64,000 nucleotides of DNA from Phoronis australis (taxonomy: Eukaryota; Animalia; Phoronida). Positions within the stretch are counted from its first letter, which is position 1, and each line of letters opens with the position of its first letter. The position numbers and the translations under genes were made by a program. The stretch covers positions 242,116-306,115 of the forward strand of contig NMRA01000346.1 in NCBI GenBank assembly GCA_002633005.1. The letters run 5' to 3'. Positions 53,016-64,000 of this stretch are shown here, piece after piece. Under the pieces are notes generated by a model that was given only the letters and a program-made list of their open reading frames with translations, had not been told where the DNA came from and searched no databases.

Positions 53016-55854
53016 CCACCTATTGTAATTGACCTATAGTCAGGATTTTGAGTGACGGCTTAACTGACCAATCAGAATGCAGCATTCTTGACACACCTTC
53101 GTTTCCAAGTCGTCATTTTACCCGAGGAACAACACGTTACCGGGTAAAACTTATTGTTTGTTTGTCGACTTTCCGCAAGGGAGCGGAGCTTGCGATAGGT
53201 CAACTGAGCCGTGACCCAGATATTGCCAACACACCACCTTACTATAAATGTCCATATATAATACATGTGTTCTTTCGTTTGCCCCAATTAATTAAATTGT
53301 AGTTGATGAATTGAAAGCTTACTCTTATAAACTTGAAAAACACTCGTTTAGTTACACAAATTTTTTCTCAGAGAGAACTCCAACAGTGATGAGAATTTTC
53401 TATAAATCATAGTTCGATTTTTTACGTGTATGTGCTTTATTTATGCAAGATACTGCGAGGCCAATTACCCTCGTTTCCCCAGCTGTTAAACCACGTGACC
53501 TTCAGGTACTGGCTTTTACCCGGTAAGTAATTTTAGGGTTCGGACATCAGGTCCAATAACACGATAGTCTGGTAATAGTTACGCCACAAAAATTGCATAT
53601 CTTAGGTGTTATATTTAGCACATTACCGGGTTTTACATGCGGATTTGGTCATTTAGAAATTGAGTCTGGTATAATCATGCCATCGGCAACCCGATATCAT
53701 TCGATTTTTTCAGACTCAGCGAGAGATTTGAATCCGTTAATTTGATAAAGGCTGGAATTATTGAAACATTATAAGCTTTTCAAAAAACAAAGATGTCAAG
53801 CTACTTCTGGAAACATGTGGAGGAATTTTAACCACACAGCAGTCTAGGAAAGCTCGACATTTCTGGAATTGTTCAACACTACTTGCACTGCAATCCACCT
53901 AGCTCTCGATTTCGTTCTCAAATACTCGTTCTGGAGGGGTACTCCTCTATGTGCTTTGGCTCTTACATTAAAAAAGAAAGCATTTAGTTTTTCACACCTG
54001 CTTGATCAATATCTAGAACTCTGGACATGGAATGCTAAATTCGACCTCGCGCGAGTGAAGTTGTGCCGCGCAATCGCGCATGCGTGGGACTTCTTTGCAT
54101 CCGATTGTTCCTGCGTTGTTTCTTACATAGTGCTTAGGACGGAGTGTTTGTTTACCACAGACGAAGCAAGTTTTGAACCATTGTCTCTAAAAACTTCTTC
54201 CGAATAAATTTTATCTATGTTTTGCAATATTATGCGGTCTAATGAGTCAGGCATTGTCAAAGGAAGGGACATCTGATTGACTCAGCGCTCCGGGATGCCA
54301 GCTGTGGGTACTACCGCTGTCTCGCTGGTAGACGAGTTACACTTATTTTGAAAGTTTATACATTTTCCTTAAAATATATCCACATCTGGAAAATGACATT
54401 ACTCATAAAAAGAGACAGTGTTCTTTTGAACGTCTGTTTTGTGGCAAAAACCCATGAAGCGCCCCAAGTTTTTTTCTTCTTAGTAGAACCGGAAATATTG
54501 CTGTGTCAAGTGGGCATGAAAAGAGCACTAAACCCAGTTTTAATTGCACTTAGAAATAATGTTAGAAGAAGGGAACTTGTGGGAAAATAACACAAGTTTG
54601 AAAACACCTTAAGAAGTCTTCTAAATTGGTAAATGTCCGTTTGCTCATTTGTTGACGGGTGTGGAGAAAGATGTCCACGTCGAGTCACAGGGCCAAATAA
54701 AACAATGAGGAAACGCATCATTATCGTAATCCAAAGCTAAAACGTTAATAGATCTCCGAGCATGTGACACGTTTTTATTGTCAAAGCGTACTTGCAATCA
54801 TTTGTGGGCGGCCACAGGTCACACCCAATTGTATGTCCGACATTACAGTAAACATACTTCCCTTGATACCTCGTAAGCACAACAGAAACAATGAAATCGT
54901 ATTTTGGCTAATACATGTATTTATCACATTTCTTTCGGAACAAACGACAATAACATTTTTTTTTCACGGAGAATTCAATTAGGGGAGCCAATATGATAGA
55001 AAAAACACCCGTTGTAATACACGATTGCTTGATTTATTTCAGTCAGTGTTTTATTGCCTTGGAGTCATGGCCAACGTTCCACACGAAAGGACAAGACCAA
55101 AGTTTCTGATGCCGACGGGTTGTGTTTACCACGTTAGTTACTAATGACAATTTCTTAAAGACATTATGGTGGAATGTGTTTTGAACAGCTAAAAGCTGAA
55201 TGAAATATAATTGTTCCTGTGATGTCAAACCAGTCTGAAATAGTGGTGGAAACAACTGGTCAAACCGTGACGTGAATACGTAAAATGGGAGGCCTAGCTG
55301 AGGAAATAGAAAATATTTTGCAACTCTGAAAGGACATACCGGGTCTTCGTCGCCAGTTTAAAGGGACAACAGTCCGAAAAATGCTGACTGGGGGCCTTTC
55401 GCACTTCAAAAACATGCAGTTGCTCTTTCTATTATCTTATAAGATAAAAATCATTTAAAACTGCTATTTAGTAAATTATCTTTAGTCAGAACTAGGGACC
55501 TGGTTACTATGTCCGAAGCACATATAAATAAAGACAGAGACTGGGCATTCTAGTATTAGTGGACGTCAAGCAACGTGTCTCGTGAGGCGCAATTTTTCTG
55601 TTGCATCTCACTGTCAACAACACGCGTGGTTGTAGGCAAATAAGGATCTTTGATTATATTAAACGTTTTGCTACATCGCGTTAAACGCGCATATTAAACA
55701 TTGCTGACTTCGACGTTGGCCGATTTTGTTCCTTACAACCCACTTTCAACGAAACCTAGTTCAAATAATTCAGATAATTCACTGAATACTGGGGCTCGTT
55801 CCACATACAATTGTTCGTTACCAGCTATTCTAATGACCCGGTGACCGCAGCCAT

Positions 55855-55950
55855 AGCGAGTAATAGTAGTGAAAGTAGAAATAGTGGTAATGGTAGTAAT
55901 ACATGTAGCAGTTGTAGTAATGCAATAGTAATAAGAATGATAATGGGTAG
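55855..55950. repeat. Degenerate (TAG/TAA)n tract
   Basis: AGTAATAGTAGTGAAAGTAGAAATAGTGGTAATGGTAGTAAT...; a similar tract lies at 39170-39245. Confidence 0.7.
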
Positions 55951-56187
55951 CCAAACTTATGCCGTGTCAGTCCTGAGGGTATTCCTGTAGAAGAGTTATA
56001 CTGGAACATAAATGTGCGAAATGTGATTTTTACGCAAAATTAGTCTCCACATTTTTTGTACAAGCCCGCTCTGTAAACGACAGGTATTAAAATTTCCGGG
56101 CGGCACCCCATGTCCAAAATACTCGAGTATTCCCGACCGTGTCAGATACTATTTGTTCGTGATTTTGGTCATTTACTTCGTGATATA

Positions 56188-56532
56188 ACGTCGGTTTCGT
56201 AAAATGTAACAATGATACATTTCTCCCACGTGCATTCGACATAAAATGTAACATCTAGGAGAGGCTAACAGAGTAAAATGTAACAATGACGTAAATTGTA
56301 ACAGTTGTTACATTTGTTACATATTACTCGGTAAATAAAACAACAAGAATGGATCAACTGAATTTTGAAATTTTCGGATGTAACAACTTCCTTTAACAAC
56401 AAAAACAGAAATAAAGTAAAATCAAACACAAAATGACAATTGACATATAAGATATGGTGTAATGAAAATGATACATTTTTGCGTAAAAAATTCAATGACA
56501 TATTACGAAATTGTTATATTTTACGGCGTATG
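56188..56532. mobile_element. Small foldback-type element with TAAAATGTAAC repeats
   Basis: Several TAAAATGTAACA motifs on the left and inverted TGTTACAT / GTTATATTTTACG motifs toward the right end. Confidence 0.55.
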
Positions 56533-57919
56533 AGCGCGCGCAACTTACTCTATAACTTGATGTTCTAACGTGCCAGGTGTCGTCTATAGGTTTATCAATT
56601 AATTGCCCGACGACATTTCAGGTGGGAAAGTAAGACATACAATTATTCATAAGATGCCAACAGGGACAAATAATCCGAATGAAAAATTTATTGATGCCGT
56701 CATGTCAAACGATAAACTACTTTCCGGTGAGCTGTGGCAGCAATGTGCGTAAAAGGTGACACGAGCAAATGACATTTGTTTCACTACGTAGTGTCAAAAA
56801 TCTTAAAAAATTGACCTGCCAATGACCTTTAGACACCTGCGTTTGAAAGTCGTATCACCGTGTGTGCAAACGAATAATGGAGTGGGCACAGTGTTTAAAA
56901 TCACTTCTATCATAAATTTCATTTAAACTATGTATCCTTATAAACACATGAATTCACAAATGAGTCCAACTGTCTAAGCGTTCTACAGCCGTTTCAATTA
57001 AGTTTTAAAAATTCACAAAAAATCTTAAACGTTAAAATTTCTCTCTAAGTGACACACGTTTTTTAAAATGACTGATAACGATTAACAAAATTATTCTGAT
57101 AATGCACAACACAATTTCTCATAGCGTTGAATGTCGACAAACTTCGATGTATACATTAACTTAAACACTAAAACAAAAACGGAAATACATACAAGGATGC
57201 AAGAGTACGAAAATATATGAATACGCGATGTACATCGTACACTTACATAGTATCTCATGAAACCCGTCATGTGTTCTAAATTGGGGAAAATAAAAACTCG
57301 TATGTTTTCGCGATGACTCCATAGTTACGATGTTTTTCTCCATAAGTTAGTTATTTCAAATAGCAAGCACCCCTCTGAGAAGTCCTAGAAGTTTTTATAG
57401 GTTCCCTTGGCAGAGAAACGCACAATACACGCACAATCGGACCTACATGGACACAACCGCTATGTGCCACGAATAATCGCTACACGATTGAGTTTCAAGA
57501 CATGCGTAATTGGAAAAATAACCACAGCAAAACGATCCTCAACTCATTAGCGTGTTTACATTTTCCAGTTCGGTTGAATTAAACAGACAATTTGTTTTTA
57601 AATACCTACTGTCAGGGACTAACGATGCACTTGAAAGATTTGTGTTAGCGTCTTGAATGTAGCCACCTCCTCAATCTCTGTCCAATTACTGCACACTCGA
57701 GATGGTTTGAACATTAAAATATCACCTTGCACGATCTAGCTACTGTTTGAAGCGCGTACCAGGGTCATTAACTTCGGTTCCAATTATTTTGTTTTAATTT
57801 GGAGAACCGATTAACAAACACATTGATTGTGTGTGGTTCTTGTTCACCTATTACTAAGAAAGGGATTAACAGCGAAAACGCCGATGATCAATTATATTAT
57901 TCTAAACAAATCTTCTTAA

Positions 57920-58823
57920 AGGGACACAATCGCTTTTGGGGACGAAAAACTCGTTCTGGGATTATGTGTAGGTAAACTAGATTTCCTTTAGCTGTTGGCT
58001 ATGACCCGCAGAACTAAATAACTACACCTTTCACTGTGTATTTTTTATTAGAAGTCGCCGATTTCTGTTTTGGCTTCCAGTTAATAGCCATTTCCAAGAC
58101 CTACACCTAGTCACTAAATGGCGATAGGGTATCTGGTGGACAGCGTTCTTATACGTTCTTGTATGGGTGTAGTGCACAGGATATTCCCAACCTTTTCCAT
58201 AAATTATTTGGCACCACCATGATGTCAAATTCCTGTTTTCCGGTGGGATCTGCAAAACGGATTTGGCTATTTAGGAAAACGAGTTTGCATAATTAGCCTG
58301 ACATCTTTCAGCGAGGAAATCAATGGGTTGATAAGTCAAACACTGAAATCATCATAGGTATTCGAAAAACGTTTTAGATTTTCCATAAAAATCAACCAAA
58401 ACTATGTTTGAATATCAAACTTATCTCGCACGGCAATGTAGCCCACAATCTAGATACATGTAGGTTATTACTCCAATGGAGTTTCAGTTCTTCGCCTCTT
58501 TTTTAGCGTACACTCGGGACATTAGCCATTGCTTGTTTACGCCGGCTTTGACTAGCGCAACACAACGCCCAAGCCGATTAAGTCGCAACTCGAATAGACC
58601 AAGTGAAACCAATGCGCTGACGGGCTGTCTAGAGTCAATATCAAATGAAGTTTAACTTCTCCAAAGTGTTTTATATTCTTTCTACGCAGCGAGGAACATA
58701 AATTCATAAAACACATCAATTTTGTGACATAGCTCCGGCCAATGTTAAAAAGTGGTAAAAATTTATTTCACTCAAAAACATCCACCAAAACGTTTTTGGC
58801 CCTATAAAGTCGACTGTGTTCCT
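57920..58823. mobile_element. Kolobok-like non-autonomous DNA transposon (~900 bp)
   Basis: TTAA|AGGGACACAATCG ... CGACTGTGTTCCT|TTAA: TTAA TSD, purine-purine termini and an imperfect TIR extending ~60 bp. Confidence 0.82.
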
Positions 58824-59984
58824 TTAAAGTGCAAATCAATCGAAACTGGCATAAGCTTTCTTGTTTAGCATCAAGTACTTCGATAAACATTTTGATCACG
58901 TAAACGTTTACCCAATGAGCATAACTAATGGAATTAAATAGAATATAAGTGAAAGTACAGGGATCACTAAGTATGCACGTTTACAATGTTACAGGAGATA
59001 CTATAGCCGATATGGATACTTCACCGCCTTCAAATACTGATAGCATAAATATTGCAAATAACTGTTACGGCTTTATACTATTTTGAAGATGGTTTTGCTT
59101 CTGCAGAGCACATTTAACGCAGCTGAAGGGATGTGTAATTTTAGTAGAAGTTTATCCTATAGAGGTCTTTGCTCTCACCGTAAGTGCCATACATCGGATT
59201 TCTGTGCATCTTAATTTTGGGTTACGCAGCTTTGAGATACGCGACGCAAAAAATAGGTCAATATTTTATGAAGAATGCAGTTCGACCCAAAAATATAACT
59301 GGGCCGTGACACTAAGTGAATTTGGCATGCATTTTGCCAGTTAATTTACATGTACAAATGGTCACTTTCAGTAATGAAATGCCACACGGTTTCTTACGTT
59401 TTCAGCGCTTCCAAATGTCAGGCATGTTTTGATTTGCAACAGAAAACAGAACATGGTGTTCCGATTGTACATCCGTGTATCTGTCAGTTTTGCAAGACGC
59501 AGCAAACACGTGTACACGTACAGACGTACGCTGCTGGTTAGGGATTGATGTTTATTGACCATCTCAAGAGATCGGGCACGAGTACAGTATACATGATTGT
59601 CTTTTAAGTTTTACTCCAGATATTTCAAATGTTTGTCGTTTCAGCGAACAAGGCTCAAAATAAGCAACCTTTTGAAATTCTATGATCAAGGCGAAACCTT
59701 CTTTGAACATGAAATAGTTCTGGGCATTACTGCGGTGACCGACGTACCTAAGTCACGCAATAGTATTAAAGTACATGTACATTCACATGCAACTGCCTGG
59801 ATATTGCTGATGTAACGTTGTACAACTATGTAAAAACCACAGATTATCTTTAGAAGTGCGTTTCAAATACACGCAGACTAATGGAGGTAACGCAACCTCA
59901 TGATAATCCGTTCTTTCTAAAGATAGTTGATGAAAGTCAGTAACCCCTCTTTAAGAGCCTCACTCACGAGCCTCACTCTGTCAC

Positions 59985-60241
59985 AAAGGTAATCACATTT
60001 CTAAAATTCATTGGTCTGTTTACACCGGGATCTAGCCCATTTTCATAGGTACGACGTTTTGGTTGCTCATTTTTTCCGGCCATCTTCAGGTGTCAAGGCG
60101 CTCTTAGAAGAACAAGCGCTGGTGCGTGGAACACTCATGGTGATCAATAATGCTAACTCTTTCGTTTTGTTAGTGAAAGGTGGGATTGAACTAGGGACCT
60201 TTAGATTGTCCGTCCAGCGCTATAACCACTACACCACAGAG
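59985..60241 (-). mobile_element. tRNA-derived SINE-like element with a Penelope/hammerhead-like 3' part
   Basis: Head CTCTGTGGTGTAGTGGTTATAGCGCTGGAC...AGGTCCCTAGTTCAATCCC (Pol III A and B boxes); downstream ACACCTGAAGATGG...CCAAAACGTCGT (60050-60093). 3' boundary approximate. Confidence 0.65.
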
Positions 60242-60461
60242 TCATTTTCAAAAAACGTTATAACAACTGAAGATTAGCGGAGATTTGACCGACCGAAATG
60301 TAGTGCCAACGTAAATAAGCTTGAAGTTGGTGCAAAAATACCAAAAGATTTTTCAAATGATGTTACCACATCACCACCTCTAAGTGGTCTTAGGATAATA
60401 ATACACTGGGCCCCTATTTCAGCGAAAATGTATAGGGACTTAGTCCTTAAATAATGGGTAT

Positions 60462-63436
60462 CGTGCATATCCAAATTGTCGCACCGTCTCAAATTGTCAC
60501 AGCTTCAAAACTGTGACAGTTTGGGTCAGCGCTGCTGGCCCAAATTGTCACAATTTGTCCAAATTGTCACAATTTGCCCAAATTGTCACAGCAATTTTGC
60601 ATGTGTCAATTTGCATCTGTAATGGTTTACAGGTGTACGTGGGGCAGTCGCCAGATCCAATCGTGTGTATGCATACGGTGTAGACCGTTAAACCCGTAGC
60701 ATTTCTGTATATGCCTGGAGTGGAGACTCACTCTAAACATTGGCGACACCCATACCACACAACTCAAAAAACTTATCAGGCACACATAGTTTTAAACACG
60801 GAACCAAACCTCAACCACAGACAGTCATCCTCACCACGGACAATTTCCCATGTAAATGACCGAAGTGCAGGACCGAGATTCTACAGAGTTACATCCTCTG
60901 GCGATCAGTGAACACTACCTTATTCGTCCGTGGTACGAGTGCCGGTTTGCCTGTGGTTTGACTCTGGATTTTGAGGTATGAGTGTTTCGTGCGTGGTTAG
61001 ATTTTTTGGATTGTGTGGCATGAGCGTGTGACCGTGATAAGAATTTAATTCCATCCCTGGATAGCTACATACTGCCGTAAACAACTTGAGTTCTCAAGTA
61101 TAATCCTGACTTAGTTTAACATTCGAATAAGTACATGAAACAAAAAAACGTCTGGAGCAACATGACAAGCTTAGTACAAGCAGCGCGCTGCACAGACCGG
61201 CTAACTCTCAGCGATATTTTCCGGCAATCAACTCTTGCATTTGCTGTGGGCTAATTGCGGTATACAAGGGAAACGAGACCGAAAGCCAGTGAAAAAAATA
61301 TTGCAAGAATGCACACATAAACGTGGAAAACGAAATTTTTGTTTAAATTGCCAGTATTTAATACCTTGTTATGCATCTGTGATTGTGATAGGTTGTTGGT
61401 GGTTTAATTATGTTTCTTGTCGTGCTTATGTTGTCTCTTGAACATTTGCAAGCGGGTAGAAAAAGCCCGCAATTTTGAGGTATATGAAAGTAAATAGTAT
61501 ATACAGAAAAATCCATACTTTACATGCACCATGGTGACGTGCAAAATTGTCTTACACCGTTGCAAGCATGAGTGATATCGCCAATGACTTGTTGATAATT
61601 TTTATTCGAACAAAAACTGATGAAACATTGAGTGGAAATTTTGGGCTGTAGGGTGTACCTTTCGGCTAAACTGAAATGCCGCATAGAACAGTGTCACCCT
61701 TTCGCTGGTGCCGTCGTTTTAGACCTAATCTCCACCCGTTATCGCCAGCGGCTGAAAACCTATCCTAAGAACACCCACGTTACACATTTGTATTCTCAAA
61801 ATGAAAGCCTGTCACGGATTTATGATCTGCGATTTTAGGTCATACCCCTCAGGAAAGTTTAATTTGGGCGAACAGCAAAATCGCGCATCATATTTTCATA
61901 CATAAAAGAACAAGTTTGGGTTTAGTTGTACTACTTTTCTTTCAGATGGATATTCTTGTCAGCTCAAACAAAGAGTTTGCCCGCTCCAAGACACCATTTT
62001 TGACTTAAATCTAAGATTTGTCTTGACCTCCAAACTTTGTCACTTCAACATCCGATCATTTTTTTGAACGGACTTAGACACTAAATACGACAACCGTAGC
62101 GAAAACCGCTGGCACGATGCCAAAAACGCTAGCAATAAAAACTCAAAAATCAGCATAAGCTCAAGACATAAAATTGGCAATCTGTAAAATTTGAAATTCC
62201 TGCCTCTATTGGAAAAAGCATTAGCAAAAGTTTTGGACCTGTTTTGGGATAATCATTATGTATATGTGTTTTTGTTTTTTAATGGAATGGTCGCAAAGGG
62301 TAAAAGGATAATCTGAAGTTACCAAATTCCTGATATAAGCCAGTGGGCTCATAGGTGAACTAGTGCATATTGTGGGACCGTCTTAAAGTGGAACGAATAC
62401 CAGGTTGCTTCGGGTATAAGACCAGTCTCAATTTTTCTTTTTTTGCTATGTATTTATTGCGTACGACATTAATAGTTTGATGGATTTTACGGTGAAACTT
62501 TCAATTGTGCAAGGAGTTTTTTAGCCATACTGCCTCACGAATTATAATGAACTATCATTTTTAGTTGCACTCCTACCGAACATTTCCTTAACTGTGCCTT
62601 TGACGATTTCTACGACATCCTGGAATATGACAAGCAGCCACAGGCCAAACATGGGCCGTGGGCGATATCTCGGAAACAAAATGAATGACCGCGCGAAGCT
62701 TCCATGGATTCCTGAAATGTTTCAAATGTTTGACATGGTACAGCTTTTACCAGGGTATGCGTTGTCACAACCACCTAAAAATTGGACACTTCATTACACC
62801 AGAACAACCAAACTTCCGTGCCGCGCACAGATCTAGGAAGATATTTCCCATCTTACGTCAGCGCATTCTATGCTCCTGCCCAAACTTTTTCCCTCACACG
62901 TATGTAGTTCTTCACTTGCCTTGCCACCGAGCATCATTCCCAGCTAGGCGTGAAGCGAGTCGGAACCGTGGTGTGTACTGTACGTCCATAGCACAGAAAT
63001 AACGTCCCTGAGAGGAATTTTGCACGCGGATAGAGAAGTCTGGGTACCGTGCACCTATGGATCACAGGTCGAGAACGTGTGTAGACCATAAAGTTTGCAA
63101 GATTTTTCTACTCAAATATCCCGCATACAGCCCCATGCGCATGTCCAAAATTGGGCACATACGCTCAGTTGCGGGGTTTTACGGTAAAAAAGACGTTTTT
63201 ACGAATGCTGTCTCAATCATGAATATTATCTGGGATCTTAAATGAACTATCAATTGATAATGTTAATCTCATATTCGTGTACTTCTCGAATTGTCAACTG
63301 TTCTTATTATTGAGCTCAAATTCGAGTATTTTCATATTGTGCGACATCTTTTTGGTGAAACTTTCCATCACCGCAGCTCGACACATTTTAAATTATTGTT
63401 ACAGTTTGGGACGGTGTGACAAATTGGGCTTGCACA
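60462..63436 (+). mobile_element. ~3-kb TIR element with (T/C)GT...ACA ends, 6-bp TSD and a possible decayed transposase
   Basis: Left CGTGCATATCCAAATTGTCGCACCGTCTCAAATTGTCACA matches the reverse complement of right TGTTACAGTTTGGGACGGTGTGACAAATTGGGCTTGCACA; subterminal CCAAATTGTCACA repeats (60470-60590); flanks GGGTAT / GGGCAT. Confidence 0.78.
60712..61062. mobile_element. Palindromic MITE nested in the 3-kb element
   Basis: CATACCACACAACTCAAAAAA vs TTTTTTGGATTGTGTGGCATG; ACCACAG..ACCACGGAC vs GTCCGTGGT..CTGTGGT. Confidence 0.62.
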
Positions 63437-64000
63437 GGGCATCACATGAAAATGTTCATACATGCTTTCATTTAAACTGAGAATTCAACGACAGTGTTTG
63501 CACAAATCCACGAATGCGGTAAAAAGTTTACGAACACGGTTAAGTCAATATTTGGAACTGTTCAATGCTACGAGCCACTTGTGATTATAGATTATAAATG
63601 ACTCCGTCTTTTGTTAACAATTTTAATGCTTTCGTAAACTGGTGCTTGTTTAGTTGATGTGGGAAAGCACAGTTTCGTCCGATAAGAGTGCAAGAAATGG
63701 CACTAAAGTTAGTTTCTCGATTATTTACGCTACATGTTGTCAAGCACAATTAGATCAGTAGTTTCATAACAAAGTTCTTTATTTCCTACGTTTCTTATAA
63801 GTTTACGCACCAAAAGTAATTGCCAACATACATGTATCCACTCATGAGTTCAGAGGTCACAATCTTAAAACTGTTTCGTTCTTAACTGGATGTGTCTGAA
63901 GGTCTTCTTAACATAAAAACAGTTTTAATGTTAAGTTAAAACTTAGTTTATACCATATTTCATTAAAAATTCGCATTGGTAACATTCGATTTAGAAAGTA

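Noticed and set aside
60165-60241. Functional tRNA gene (also considered for 25950-26017 and 11818-11865)
   Set aside because: Acceptor and anticodon stems do not pair and no poly-T terminator follows; better explained as SINE heads or fragments.

Overview
AT-rich, repeat-dense eukaryotic genomic DNA, most likely from an invertebrate animal (inferred from the TE repertoire and GT-AG splice-like signals; the species cannot be determined). I recognise no intact conserved protein-coding gene, rRNA, true tRNA, operon or CRISPR array; nearly all ORF-track entries look spurious. The window contains: (i) a decayed LOA/Lian-like non-LTR retrotransposon with RT and RNase H (minus, ~7.3-10.5 kb); (ii) a CR1/L2-type RT fragment (~17 kb); (iii) many non-autonomous DNA transposons, including four copies of a hAT-like MITE with 8-bp TSDs, a hAT-like element with a 5-bp TSD, Harbinger-like and Kolobok-like MITEs, a MULE/foldback-like element, three THAP-remnant elements and a 3-kb TGT...ACA element; (iv) a compact Penelope-like insertion with inverted pseudo-LTRs carrying hammerhead-like cores; (v) tRNA-derived SINEs, one with a hammerhead-like tail; (vi) a ~340-bp (CA)n tract; and (vii) scattered minus-strand candidate exons of an unidentified transcript. 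The most striking window-wide signal is about 30 copies of TACATGTA. One copy is a +6-bp expansion of a TA dinucleotide relative to three sibling MITE copies, which matches a Tc1/mariner excision footprint. All coordinates and alignments were read by eye.
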